A DNA stretch of 64,000 nucleotides from Leptogorgia sarmentosa. Lineage: Eukaryota. A model generated the notes under the pieces. The model had not been told where the DNA came from, made no database searches, and saw only the letters and a program-made list of their open reading frames with translations. The stretch spans positions 23,994,001 through 24,058,000 of the forward strand of contig OZ210885.1 of assembly GCA_964658305.1 (NCBI GenBank). The letters run 5' to 3'. A program made the position numbers and the translations under genes. This document shows positions 24,079-37,760 of this stretch, one piece after another (the first letter of the stretch is position 1; each line of letters begins with the position of its first letter).

Positions 24079-27000
24079 ATGTCTCGCATGTTCAAAGTTT
24101 GGAACGAAGATCGAACCATGAGGAAGGCAGTAGTGGCAGATAATATTAGTAGCTTGATTGAGAAAAGTAAGCAGAAATTATTGCTCCTTACTTTTTTATG
24201 CTTTTTCTGCTTTTTAAGATATATGTCATGCTGTTTGCAAACATTTCATTGGAACATGCCCTGAATTGGAGGGAGGGAACACCTCTAACCCTAGGGACCA
24301 ACATTTATAGAAAATATCACACATAGAAATAAATACCTGTAAAAAAGTGATTATCACTTTTTATTTATTACAAATCTTAAATAACTATATGGTAAATATA
24401 ATGCAACTATGATGTTCATATCACATTTGGGCGATTATGGGCAATTTCGTATGTTCAGTGTTCCGACCGTATTTGGGCTTGGAGGTCGAATTAAGCTACA
24501 AAGCCATTGTTCGTATTCATATAGCCATTCCGGATTCGCCTCAGTGTTTTCATGACTCAATAGAAGTGTTTAGCTTATTTATGTTCTTTTCCATATGAAA
24601 TTTTCACTGAACAGCCAGCTTTGTTTTTTTTTCATATGTTAGGAAAGTTAAAATTGGGCATTAGTGATCAGACAGATTTAAAGTTGTTTGATGAGTTCGA
24701 TCGAACTGAATACGATGATGACGAATGTTTGGCATTGTTTGACAACGAACAAGTCATGTTACTTTGCAAAAATGGACACCTGTCCCATCGTCAGATGTTT
24801 CGTCTGCTACTTGTGGCATACCTGTTACAATGCTGATTGCTTCACCTGTCTCCTCGCAACCAGTTTCTCCACCTTTTGCTTCACCAGTTGACAAAACTGC
24901 AGCTTCATCAGAAACGATGCCATGTTGGTTGGAAAGCTGGACAGAACTTGATGAATGTGAATTCATCACTTCAACACCACGGTCAGAAAGTCCGCCACAG
25001 GGTAAGCTTTTAATCTTGAAAAAGGAAACATAAATGTATCAGTACAAAGCTATCGATATTCTATAACTGATTACTGATTAGTGGTGGGTAGTTACATACC
25101 TATTTCATAGTACTCATCATGTTTCACTGCATGGATAAGCTAAACATGGTGAACGCACAACTAGTCTAGTCAACTAGTCTAGTCAACTAGTCCTACATCT
25201 GATCAAAAAGAAAGACTCTGTTCGACGGAGACTGAAAGCCAACCCCACCCAACATCTGCAAGACAAGTTTCAGAAGATGCGTTCAGAGGTTAAACGTCTA
25301 TTGCGCGTTAGCAGAGAGCACTACTTCTCCTCGATTAACGACAGTTTTAATAACAACCCTAAGCGCTTTTGGAGCGTCCTAAAGCAAAAGTCGAAAACCT
25401 GTAGCATTCCAGATTGCATCACGATGCCTCCAATACCCAATTCTAACAACCACAGTCATTCACCTGCAACTAGACCTTTGGCTACAAATCCAGCCACAAT
25501 AGCAAATATGTTCAATACCTACTTTGCATCGGTATTTACTCCCGACACCCAATTTCATGAACCTATATCATCAACGTCGGACCCACTCATAACTGAACTA
25601 ACTCTAAGCGAATATGAGGTCGAATCAGCACTTAGAACAGCAAAATTACTTAAAGAAACTGCTTCCATCATCGCCCCTTCTCTTTGCAAGTTGTTTAATA
25701 AATCATTACATCTAGGTGTTGTTCCAGAAGAGTGGAAACTTGCAAACGTCGTACCTGTATTTAAGAAAGGAGACAAAGGTAAAACCGAAAACTACCGACC
25801 CATTTCACTGCTTTCAATTGTCTCTAAAGTTCTGGAATGTAGAGTATTCTTGAACATCAAGCATCACCTATGTCAACTGATCAATAAATGTCAGCATGGA
25901 TTTCTCCAAGGTAAATCATGTGCAACGAATCTGTTAGAAGTGTTTGACTATATTGGCAGGATTCTAGACAATGGAGGACAGGTAGATACGATTTATCTTG
26001 ATATGTCCAAGGCTTTTGATCGGATTAGTCATCAGAACTTGATCATTAAGTTGAGGAATTGCGGTTTTGGTGGCAGTCTTTTTAACTGGTTTGAATCATA
26101 TTTAACAGATCGTTGCCAGCGTGTAACAGTACTCTGTGTACTGTACACCCCGAACACACTTCCAATATCGTCCGGTGTTCCACAAGGGTCAATCCTTGGA
26201 CCTGCTCTGTTTCTAATATACGTGAACGATCTTCCGGATTCAATAAATACCTGCCAAATAGCGATGTTCGCAGACGATACGAAATTATATTCGAGCATTA
26301 AATGTGAGGAAGATGCTATGCTACTCCAAAATGATCTTGACGAGTTAGAACACTGGTCATCTACTTCTGGTCTGTCCTTCAATGAAATGTTAAAACGAGA
26401 AAAGTTAAACCAATAATGTCAACATTCACGCTAAACGACCACCAGCTACAATCAACCGACATGGAAAGAGATCTTGGCGTATGTGTAACATCAAACCTTA
26501 CGTGGAAAGTACAAGTATATAAGCAAGCAACCAAAGCAAACAAAATGGTAGCTACATCAGGAGGAACACGATGTTTTTAACAAGAACAGCCCCAAGAAGG
26601 ACATTGTATCTCGCACTGGTTCGCTCTCATTTTGGTTATAGTTCACCCATCTGGGCACCGCAAACTGTTGAACTTATAAGCTTGCTAGAGAGAACACAGA
26701 GACGGGCAACTAAATATATTCTAAACCTGCCATTCTCGACAGACATTGACTATAATACAAGATTACAATCCCTGCAACTCCTTCCCATATCCTACTGGCA
26801 TGAATACCTAGACCTAATGTTCTTCTTTAAAATAACCCATGGTATGATAGAAACATCCGTTGCTCCTGTTATCTATGCTGCCCATAGAGCAACACGATCA
26901 TCATCCAGTAACACCACCAAATATGTTGTCCCAAGATGTAAAACCACCACCTACCAGCAGTCATTCATAATTAGAACTTGCCGTATATGGAACGCTCTTG

Positions 27001-27993
27001 TGGATGAATTGAATTTTGACATGGACAACCTTAATCAGTTTAAAAGAATCCTACTAAACTATCACCATAAATCTTTAGCAGTAAATTAGACTGAAAATCC
27101 TCGAACATTTAAATCTGTATGTCTAAAGTGCAACTTAGTGCGCAATCTTGCGTATCCAGTATTGTGTTGTTATTAGAAATTCTAATATGTTTGTAAATGT
27201 AATGTGGCTGTTTATTGTTTGTTATGTATCTTCGGGTCCGCAGTAATTGGCACTAGCTGTTGCGGATACCCTGTCAATTATCTACGTATTTTAGAATATT
27301 GATGGTTGTAATATTGGCAAAGTTATTAAATAAATAAATAGTCTGGTATATTACTAAAGACACAACTAAGAAACTTATGCATGTCTGTATTTGTCCGAAT
27401 TATTAGAGGAGAAAGCAACATCGAGCACAGCCTTAGAGTCAGTAGACACTGAACAAGCCGATTACCGGGAACACAGCAACCTCAAACGGTCCTTTGAATT
27501 GATGGTAGGGCATAAAGACAAAAAAAACAATACCTCAATAAAATTCATTTGGTCACGTATATGTTCTCGATTATTTCAGACTATACGAAAACGGAGCGTC
27601 AGGCCCGACCTGCAACCATTACATCCAAGCTAATGCAAGTTAAATTTAGTTGTGCAAAGCAGAAGGGTCTGAAAATTTATAATGACGATGAGATAAAGAA
27701 AGTTGATAGTGAATTAGAGAAGTTGAGAAGACAGTTTTGGAACGATAAAGCTGAGTTTTTATGATAGGCAGCTGGAAGACATCAATAACCAACTAAAGGC
27801 TTCATGGACGTCCAGGGTTGAGCAAAAAAAAACCGCTAGAGGAAGAACGTGGAATAATCAAAACCAAATTTGATGGTGAGTTCACACAACTAAAGCGGGC
27901 TCAAGATGCACTGAACAAATCATTGCAACAGAGAAGAAAAAGTATTGACAAGAAACTTAGAGACAAAGCCGATTCCTCCTCAGAGATTGAGTA
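24079..27993 (+). pseudogene. Spliced CIDE-N-domain gene, disrupted (exons ~24079-24166, 24643-25001, ~27407-27504, ~27581-27993)
   Basis: MFKVWNEDRTMRKAVVADNISSLIEK spliced in frame (GT 24167, AG 24642) to KLKLGI..LKLFDEFDRTEYDDDECLALFDNEQVMLL matches the CIDE-N pattern; frameshift ~24765 and stop at 27762; later exons less certain. Confidence 0.65.
25195..27340 (+). mobile_element. 5'-truncated CR1/L2-type LINE within the putative CIDE-N gene intron
   Basis: YRPISLL, QHGF, YLDMSKAFD, GVPQGSILGP, FADDTK, ERTQRRATK; (TAAA)n tail. Confidence 0.92.
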
Positions 27994-28628
27994 ACATCAA
28001 CATATTTAAGTAAAATACAACAATATTCGTTTTGCCCTATTAATTATATAGACGTTAGTTTTCAGTTGTTAGTGTTTATAATATTTCAATTATAGTATGT
28101 AAACAAATGGAAGTTTCACATGGAATAAGAAGCAACGAGAAATAAGTGCAAATTGTATTAATACTGAAATTTTTCAGTTGATCATAGAAATTCGTTTTTA
28201 GCATATTGTCTTGTTTTATTCAAAGAAAAACGTTAGGATGCATAAACGGATATGCTTTTAAAGTATATATGGTTCTTAATTTGTCTTCTTTTATATACAA
28301 TAACGTGTAGCTTCAACCACATATCTCTCTCAGTGACCAGCTAAGAAAAAAATTTACCCATGACGGACACGGACACGGACACCCCCTCAGAAATTGAATA
28401 TATTTTTTTAACCGCCTTGGAAATTTACTAACACAAATCTTCTTTACCCCTCAGAAAATTTTTCGAAAGGTCAGCAACAAATACCCACCCCCCAGAAAGT
28501 GGCAATTTCGTACCCCCCACGAAATTTCACATTGCTAACCTCCTGAGAAATTTGAAAGTGCTGACCCCCTAAGAAAATCTCGTCAACAGGGGGGTGTGGA
28601 TATTAAATGGAATGGCCCTTTGCAAAAG

Positions 28629-29406
28629 CAGTGTTGCCACTCTCAACATCTCATTTTCACCTAGGGCAAGTGTTAAAACTCCCTACGCTTCCCCTACATT
28701 TCAAAATGTAATTTTCCCCTACATAACCCTACATTCCCCTACGAATATCGTTTTCCCCCTGAAAACCCTAATACGCAACTTGTTGCGCATGTTCATACAG
28801 TCCTTGTATGCAAACAACGAAATATATCAATCACGTGAGATGGGTGTGGTTGGGCAAGATCGCGTACAGGTAAGATCAAGATCAGGTACAAGGATTTTAT
28901 CACAAAGCGAACAGTATGCTTTACCCTCTTGATGTTTTGATGTTGAAAGCGCCACCCTTTGGCCCAAGTTTCCTTCTCCCATTCCTTGCGATAATTTTGT
29001 GTTCGATAGGCTTTATCTTTTGGCATCTTTTCATTGTTTTGCAAATATTTGGGAATTGGGAGGTTTTTTGCTTGATTTAGTGCTTCCACATCGAAATGGA
29101 AGTATATATTTCCATAGTATCTAATATTATACTAAGTGTCTATGTATTTATGTATTTATGATGCATAATACATAATGCCTAATAATACCAGAGTTCAATT
29201 GTGGTTAAAAATGTGAAAATTTCTAACCAGTAGGTAATACTAGTCTTTTATTTTTGAAAAATAGAGGAACACAATTTTTGAAGCCAGGAAAGAAACCCCC
29301 TACATTTTCCTACAAATTGCTCTTTTTCCCCTTAGGTATCCCCTACCCCCTACAAGACCCAATATTCACCTACTGTAGGGGGATCCCCCTACGGGTGGCA
29401 GCCCTG
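28629..29406 (-). mobile_element. Non-autonomous hAT-type element with N-terminal zinc-finger remnant
   Basis: TIRs cagtgttgccac / gtggcagccctg; internal YRTQNYRKEWEKETWAKGW..AYCSLCDK; subterminal ccctac repeats. Confidence 0.65.
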
Positions 29407-29705
29407 TCAGCAAAAGAGCAAGCCTGTTACAGTAGGCCTACCATGCAGAACAAAATCCAACATAAGGAGACAGTGCATTCAAGAGGTAAAGTCCCTTCTT
29501 GATGAGCTGTATGTATTGAATGAGACCCTTAAAAAAGTCAGAGACGTCCTTCGATACACGAGGAAACATCATCCAAAAGAAAATGGAATTTCTTTGAAAG
29601 ACAAATCGTTGTCACCCAAAAAGGTGAAAGCGAAAGATTTAAAAATTCGCAAATTGGCAAAGAGAAAGACAAAGAAGGAGTATTTTAGAAAAAGAGTCCC
29701 GGAAT

Positions 29706-30598
29706 GTGACAGTTATTGTTCCAGATGACAACTGTGATGGAAAACGAAAGAGTTCTACGCCGCAACATCCTGGCTGTCGTAACAAAAGGAAGCGCAAAGG
29801 ATCCAAAACAGAGAACAAAGAAGGTCATAGTCCTCAAGATGTATGGGTGATTATTAATGGCATTAAGTTAACATATGAATTGCGAGACATCCTACTCAGC
29901 AGATATGGATGGTTGACTGATGACCACATTGATGCTGCCCAACATCTCATTAAACAGCTGAACACTAAAGTTGGTGGTCTCAACTGCATTGCAGCGACGA
30001 CACGTAGTAGATTTGCTGTTCCGCATAGTGTCAACAAAACCATCCAGTGCCATAACATCGGTTTGCATTGGGTAATATCAAGCTCCACCTCTGGTAAGGT
30101 TGTCGTGTATGAGAGTTTGTACAGGACAGTGAATGATTCTCTGAAGTGGCAATTAGTCTCCATTTACGAAGGGCTGTGTAATGATGACGGTTCCCTTGAT
30201 ATCACAGTCATTCTACAACAACGTCAAAGAGGAACCTCTGACTGTGGTCTTTTCTGTATTGCCAATGCGACAGCATTAGCTAATGGAGTTGATCCATCTA
30301 CACTAACATGAGAGCAAGATAAAATGCGAGACCACTTGGATAGATGCTTTTTACAAAACAGAACTGAAATGTTCCCAAATGAAATAAAGGAAACATAATG
30401 CAGTAGATCTGAATATGTTGTCAGCATTTATTGCACCTGTTTAAGGCATATCCCTGGTGCACCGATGGTTCACTGCAGTGTCTGCGACAATTGGTTTCAC
30501 TATGAGCCACCTCAGCATTGCATAAAACTCTCAGCAAAACAAGTTGCAGCATTAACCACAGAATTGCCATTTGTCTGCATTTACTGTGAAAGAAAATA
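29706..30598 (+). pseudogene. Ulp1-like cysteine protease followed by a PHD finger, with in-frame stops
   Basis: WLTDDHI, HW, VYESL, QRQRGTSDCGLFCIA; reading through stops gives YCTC..MVHCSVCDNWFH..C..FVCIYC. Confidence 0.8.
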
Positions 30599-30661
30599 GC
30601 TCAACCTGTTACAACTTATGAAAGAATTTAGTTTACTCACAATATGTCAGTGACCAATATA

Positions 30662-30811
30662 TAGGTAGTAGATAACAACATCAACAAGCAGCAAAAGTTC
30701 TACTCACTACCTAAACGATACAATAAGATTCAAACTTCAATATGTGGTCAGTGTAGGTAGCGGATAACAACATCAACAAGCAGCAAAAGTTCTACTCACT
30801 ACCTAAACGAT
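30662..30811. repeat. Tandem duplication of a ~58-bp block
   Basis: gataacaacatcaacaagcagcaaaagttctactcactacctaaacgata occurs twice. Confidence 0.85.
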
Positions 30812-31195
30812 ATGTGTTATGCTAATGTTACAATACATAGTTAACTTAGTACTAGATATTATATAATAACTCATTGGTGATGCCAATGAATGAAAGAAAT
30901 GAATAAATGATTGTAAATATATTTTTTGTAAATAATGTATATGTATAGGATAGATGTTTATACATATATATTGTAGACATTGTAAATGCATAGATAAATG
31001 TGTACTAGTAGTATGATAAGAAAATAATAATTTTGTTACTTGCTATTATTGACAAAAAATATTAAAGTGAATAGCACATCAAAATAACTTCTTTTACCTA
31101 GTCAGTAAATTGTGCAATGCAGAGTGTAAACTTGACTGATTTGGGGACATATCCATTTGAGGATGGAATAGCAGGATTTTGGTGAGGTCGGCTAT

Positions 31196-31345
31196 ATTGC
31201 GAGTTGTGAGTCTGGGAGTTGCGAGTCTGGGAGTTGCGAGTCTGGGAGTTGCGAGTCTGGGAGTTGCAAGTCTGGGAGTTGCAAGTCTGCGAGTTGCGAG
31301 TCTGCGAGTTGCGAGTCTGCGAGTTTCAGATTGGAGTTGCCGAGT
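31196..31345. repeat. 15-bp minisatellite (gagttgcgagtctgg/c), ~9 copies
   Basis: Direct inspection. Confidence 0.92.
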
Positions 31346-31759
31346 TCGTTTCTATTTTTGAAGTTGGCGAAGTAGAATTTAAAAAATAAATTGCGATTTA
31401 GATCCGCACTTCTGGTCAATATAACTTGTTAAAAGTAACATCGCTTTCCTACTTGCCGAGTTCGGATTCATAAAAGTTATGTAACTGCTGCTATGGCAAC
31501 AATGACGTATCAAATTGGAGGATGAAAATTCAAAGCACAGAATACAACCAAAATATCTGCCATATTGAAATGTAATTCTTGCCATAGCAAAGAGTTAAGA
31601 TTCACTCGGTCTAACTCAAACAGTAGGGCTTTAGCAGTAACGAGTCCGAGATTTGATCGGGTACGACGGGAAGTCCTTTTCGTCCAAATGTTGATTTAGC
31701 AATTCGAGTATTTAACAGGCGAGTCGCTAATAGCAACCGTGTTTTCTACATTGCGCTTG

Positions 31760-32200
31760 AACGTATCAGCATTCAGAACTGCCTCATAATGTTCTCCCAA
31801 ACGAACGAGCGTAACATGCCTCTCAGGAACATGGCAATCTCTAGTTGGTGGAATTTGGTGTGTTTTCAGTACCCCATCGTGAACATAATAGATTAAAACA
31901 AGTGAATTATAGTAGAATTTGCAAGAGCGTATATGACCAAGTCAACAATGTTTTGATCGTACTTCTTTTCCCTTTTGTACTTGTCCAGTTCGTATGAAAC
32001 ATCAGTATCTGACGTGATCTTGTCCCAATAAAATGGCAAATTGTCCTCAATCTCGTAACAGGCGCAATGTAGAAGCTTCAAATAGCTTTTCAGCGGATAA
32101 CGGTATTCATTAGTTAAGACTTTAAAGAATGCTCGAACAAGGCAATGACCATCAGAAATTATAGGAATCCAAACATGATTGTTTTTTTCCAATTCATTGT
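31760..32200 (-). pseudogene. OTU-like cysteine protease fragment
   Basis: PIISDGHCLVRAF (D-x-x-C) and, after a frameshift, HVTLVRLGEHYEAV. Confidence 0.7.
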
Positions 32201-32279
32201 CAATAATAGATTCATCAGATTGATAGCTATAAAATAATCAACAGTGAATGTGTGAATGTGATATGTGACCCTCGATAAA

Positions 32280-34730
32280 GAAACACATGTTATACAGGAA
32301 CCTGTATATATGATAAGATAATTAAAAGATAAGATAAAATAAACTTGGTTTACTTCATAAGATTTTATTCACTACAAATTTGTTTCGTATGACAAGCAAT
32401 GCTTGCCACACTCATCAGGTGAATTTAAATGTCGCGCTATGTTGTTGCCAAGGTTATATATACTATATACATGTTTGACGTAAACGGAATGCTCAAGTAT
32501 TAGATTACATTTTGATTATATATACAGATTATATTAAGTAATGTATATTACTTAAGAGAAATTTGTTTCTATGCCTGCATTTCGATAAAAGTTCGCTTCT
32601 TGAATTTAAAGAACAAAGTTCAGGGTAGTAAATTATAATGAATTTCTCATGTGTACAAAGACTGCATCGTTTTGTTGTGTTGTTGTAGCTCTTGCATTGT
32701 TTAATAATACGCCAGCTTATAGAGTACATGACCTTTGACTCTTTAAGTTTCCAGATGTATTTGCTTAGCTCTGTCGCATTTCTGTACTTGCTTAATCTGA
32801 ATGAGCTAGTGTGACAATTGTATCTTGTCTTGAACTCTCCTTCGGTGTGTCCGACATACGATTCCTTTATGTTCGTATCGTTCCTAACAACTGTTGCTTG
32901 GTATACTACGCTGGATGTTAGACATTTTCCAGTGGACATGAGGGTTTATTCTTGCAATTGCATAGTCTTGGTTTCGTGCTGCATTCAGTCGACGCATCTG
33001 TTGAGGTACGCTTATTTACTACCGATTTATTGTGGCCAGAAATTATATTACGGATGTTCGGCATGCAACTGTAACTTAGCTTCAAGGTATTTCTGTTGAA
33101 TATTTTGTGTAGAGGGTTGTTTTTAGGAAAGCAATGATCAATTGCTTGAAGGAATTTATGACTGATATTCGTTTTGACATTTGAGTTATAAGGTGGATTA
33201 AACCATATAACGTTTCTGTTTCTAGTGCGTTTAGTCTTTGTCTGCTGTGGGTTGTATTTTAGCTTGTAGTTGTAACCACTTTTATGTAAGGCATCTTGGT
33301 ATGGGGGACAAGCTGAATTAAATGCTTGTTCGTCAGACGAGGTGTTGGACAATCGAGTGTTAATTGCAACTGGAATTGCCTTTAAAACCGTGGGTGGGTG
33401 ATTGCTCTGACGATGGACATATTGGAGCGTATTTCCTGGTTTCATGTATGGTTTGAATGACGAATCTCTTAGGTCGAATGTGACATCTAAGTAATTGACA
33501 CATTTTTTGTTGGCTTCGATTGTGATCTTTAAATTGTGTTCATTAAAAGTTTTGCAAATCTGTTTCTTGATGTTTTCTATTACTCTCGGTTTTTCATCAA
33601 ACGCTGCAAGGCCATCATCTCTATAGAGACCAATATCATTTCTATATTCTGGAGGGAGTTTAGATAGTAGGAATAAGCCAAGTAGCTCGCATGTTTCTGC
33701 ACCATCAAAACAGCCCATCGTTACATCAAAGAGGCTATCTGACTCTTTCTTGCACCAAGTTTCCTTTCGGCTGAAAAGAACTGATTTCTTTGCTTGCATT
33801 ATTATGTGTTTCTCCTCATTCGTGATGGTGTTGAACTGGGAAGCAAAGGTCAAGGCATTGAGAAGTAGTTCTTCGGAGATGGATGGGTAAAAATCTACGA
33901 TATCGAAACAAATGAACGAACAGGATGTCTTGTTAGGTAAATTCTTAAACCATGAAATAACAGAGTTTGTATTTTTCCATTGGTTTACGTTAGTATGGGC
34001 CAAAATATTTGAATTGATTCTTTGCAGGAGTTGTTTGCTGATGACGCCGATTTCTGATTTAGAAGGGTTGATTAGCCTGCAGGTTGGATTGTTCTGAAAA
34101 TTGGGTTTGTGGTCTTTCAATGTTACGAAGCTTTCTTTGGGTGCAAATGCGTCGATTCGGTTGGCAGGTTCAAGATCCTCAGCTATAATCTTTTCCTCAT
34201 TTGTTATAATAGAGGTTATGTTGGCACTAGCTTTCTTGTAGGACTTCGTTATAGCATTATCAAGCAATTTGTCGTATGAAGGGGTGTCTAACTTGTAAAA
34301 GTTTGTTGTCTTATCTGCGGATACTAAAATTTTATCATCACTACGAATATTGTTCAAGTCTTTCGTAAGGGTTTTCTGAAATTCGTTTTGGCTTTCATTG
34401 GGGGTGGTGATTTTGTAGAACGAAAACCAAAGGTTTCCTTTGATGCAGCTTCCGTAGACTCGTCAGGTTTGAGAAAATGGTAAGCTTTCCATCGAATACG
34501 TTGGAGAAATGATTCCGTTTTGGTGATTAAACACTTTAAGTATTCTTTTGGCTGCGCTACTGGTATGTTCTTTGTGGAGTATCCAAGGTTAATAGGTATA
34601 TTTCGCTCCTTTATTGTTGAGCACTCTACGAATAAATATGGAACCCTATTAACCTTGGATACTCCATAGATCAGCGTTTGCAAAAGACTGATACGATAAA
34701 AGACGTTGACAACACTACACGGTCATTGGC
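32280..34730 (-). mobile_element. Penelope-like element (RT + GIY-YIG endonuclease), two frameshifts
   Basis: ADKTTNFY, FDIVDFYPSI, YRDDG, YLDVTF, WFNPPY; VVYQATV..YVGHTEGEFKTRYNCH, CSLCTHEK, CRHRNK. Confidence 0.95.
32370..32421 (-). ncRNA. Minimal type I hammerhead ribozyme in the Penelope 3' repeat
   Basis: CAC-CUGAUGA-GUGUGGCAAGC-AUU-GCUUGUCAUAC-GAA-ACAAAUUUGU-A-GUG: complete core, 11-bp stem II, palindromic stem III, GUA cleavage triplet. Confidence 0.88.
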
Positions 34731-37340
34731 TCAGTTGCAAGCAATGTATTCCTGGCTTCAAGTAAAGTTACGGACGCCACCAAGTGTCCCGTTAGGCGCA
34801 TGTAGTTTGTGTCAGCGTCATTCCTTACAAATACGCCAACATTGTGGTTATTCTAGCATACAAAATTGGCTCAATTGTTCTGTTGCACTCGACTGCGATC
34901 ATCGCGCACAAAAAGTTAAGCTACACAAACAGTCTGAATGCCATAAGATATGTATGTCAACGGAAGAACAGAGGAAAAAGAATGAAATTTTTTTCCTCCT
35001 CTCAAATTAATAAAAAAAAAGAAGGGGAGATTACTGAGCGATTCCTTCTGCGATGTTATGGACTGATACAGTGTCACGTACCATATAATCGATATCCATT
35101 TATTACATATCTGCACCACCTACAGGGAGTCGAAGTGGGAAACCGCCACCTAACCGATATGGCGATGGCTAGCGCTACTGACTGCATTTATGATGTGCAG
35201 TTACGTTCCTTGGTGAAGTTTATTAACTCTTCCAATCCCTCTACTGGTCGTCTTCGACATTGCCATTTATCGTTCGATAAAGTTACGGTCGAGCACGTTA
35301 CACGTCAAGTAGTAAACCTCAGACTTCTTGATCTCAATGGTGAACCTGTCTGCATCAATGGCAATCAGAGCGTCATTTCCCGCCACGAAGATCCTGTGCC
35401 CGACTATACCATTAGCCTCGGAGATATCCCCGTGGGAGACCATTCGAGTGATGCAAGAGGTGTGTTCTGCCACGTCCACGACTTTCTACGCAAGCAACTA
35501 ACAATGTCGAACGAAACCATTGGAAAGGTAGTCACTTCATCGTCTTCAGACTGCGAGGCTGTTTACATTGGTGAACTTCAAGGCCTCCAATGCCTTTGGA
35601 AAGAGAAATTTAATAAAGCCCATATTCATTTTGGTGACAGAGCACACAAGATCGAATCAATGATAGGGAGCATACGCAAAGATACAGAAATGAAATGGCT
35701 GGACGATACTTTGTCTAAATTGGACAATATCATTTCAAAAGTTTGTCAGTCACCAAAACAACACAGAGAACTGAGACATACAGCAACTCTTAGTCATTCA
35801 CTGGTTAAAAGCATGAAAAGACTAGTCGAAACAAGGTTTATCCGTTATTTGGTCGGTTCGATTGATGCCGTCTTAACCAACGCCTATGTCCTGGAGTTGC
35901 TGTGGCAACAACAAGCTGCGGACGGAGATAACGAAATTCGCGGTCATTTGAAGAATCTAGTAGATCCGCTTTTTCTTCCAACTTTGGTCATACTAGCTGA
36001 CGTGTTTAGCCAGTCCGCATTCGCTAGTGAGATAGCTCAATCGGATATATATCCATTATGGGACGATAAAGCCAATGTTGAGAAGTTTCTTCAAAAAGTG
36101 AAAAAAATTAACTGTGCCTGTTTTGGAAAATCCCTTAAACAAATGCCTACGACTCCACCACCCAAGCATAAAGAATGGTATATTTACCCCGAATGCTGCT
36201 AAACCTGAGCAACATGTAAATATATTGCAACGTGACGTCGAATTTCAACCTCGACTAAGAGGCCACGGAGGCCACATCTTGACGCCAGATTTGATAACTC
36301 GGGCTGTTGAAGATAGGCTCAAGCAGTTAACCACTGCCGTCTTAGAAAAAGCACCAAGATTCCTATCTTTGACTGAACAAGAGCAGCACATCGTGAATAT
36401 GTTTAATATCAGATCCTTCAATTTCCATAACCCTGTAAGTTTACGTGAACAGTTTAATAGCGATTTCCTTGCATTCGCCAGTCATCTCAACAACGGTAAA
36501 CTTCCATTTCCTTGAGAACGTTGTGGTGAAGCATGCACTGGAATAAAATGTTCCTGCCTGTTAGACCAGTACATAACTTTCAAAGAAAGAGTTCGGGACA
36601 ACAAGGATCGATTTGAGGACACCTGGTTTACGGAAAATGAGGCAGGCCAAGTAAGATGGAATATAACAAGCGTTTTGAGCTATTTCCAGAAAACTGAATT
36701 CGGCTTGCATGAACAGATTCCAGATGTAGTCGAAATCATAGAAATATGTGTCATTATGTCCAGGTCACAATCTGATACAGAACGATTTGGTAAGTTAATG
36801 AAAGACGTCTCAGAGAAACGATTCGGCGGGAAGTTCAATGAAACGCACCATGATAAAGATAAAAGGGACAGGGTTAATGAAGAAACCTTCATCTATGGCA
36901 ATTCAGTCCCCCTCCATTCACTTCCCCTTGAAGATTTGCGAAAGGAATGGGAAAAGACTCACTTACCTGCCATTTTACGAACAAACCCAGGCAAGGAGAG
37001 TTCTACTTTAAAGACTTAATAATAACGAACAGAAAATAAGATTTTGGTTTCACAAAAATAGTTGATAATACTATATAACTATATATCAATATTAACCTTA
37101 ACCTTGCTTGACCAGATCGTATTTTCTATTGGAGTTCTTACTTATTAATCGTATATAAAGTGGTATATCGATTGGTAAGTCGTTTGTTCGGCAGTGCCGA
37201 ACACTAAACAATGAAGTCATTCGTGACGTAATCAGCTTTAATTTGCCTTCTCAAAAAACACCCATAGTAAGCCATCAGATCCAAAACTAGGTTATCACCC
37301 GGAAACCCCAGGAACAAGAAAAAGTCCATTTGGAGCCCTG
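34730..37340 (+). mobile_element. hAT-like (ZNF862-type) transposase pseudogene with right TIR
   Basis: LSFDKVT, SSDCEAVYIG, DRAHKIES, ETRF, SQSDTERFGKLM (dimerisation-like); terminus ttggagccctg 37330-37340; frameshifts and stops. Confidence 0.7.
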
Positions 37341-37551
37341 ATCAAACACTTATAAAAAACTAAAAGCCATCGTTAATGTATTTAGGCGTAACAGAAATAC
37401 TCCAGGGAGGGGGGATACTTGAGAGCTTGCCCAATTTTTTTGAGACAAATAGTAAAATTATCTCAATTTGGCATACTTTATAAGTGGCCTCTGTCTTTGT
37501 CTTGCACGACAACGGTAATAATTGTTACACTAAAATATTTTAGATGAAACG

Positions 37552-37760
37552 TTACCTGAGTTTGGGTGCAGCGTCTTTGAGATCCTTTTTTTGGTAGATT
37601 GCCATTGCAGTTCCATGGAGGGTACCTTTGCCGTCGGGGGTATCTTCTGAAAAGTCCACGTTGTCTATTGCAAAAAATATACGTCGTCTAATAACGACAT
37701 CAGGAGGAATGTAGACTCCACCATTCTTCAACTTTTCGTTAGGGACAGATAGGATCGTCG
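37552..37760 (-). pseudogene. Exon-like fragment of an invertebrate transposon-associated protein, family not assigned
   Basis: FFAIDNVDFSEDTPDGKGTLHGTAMAIYQ motif, ending at a GT donor (caggtaac). Confidence 0.45.

Noticed and set aside
30662..31345. CRISPR-like arrays
   Set aside because: Head-to-tail repeats without unique spacers; no cas genes; eukaryotic context
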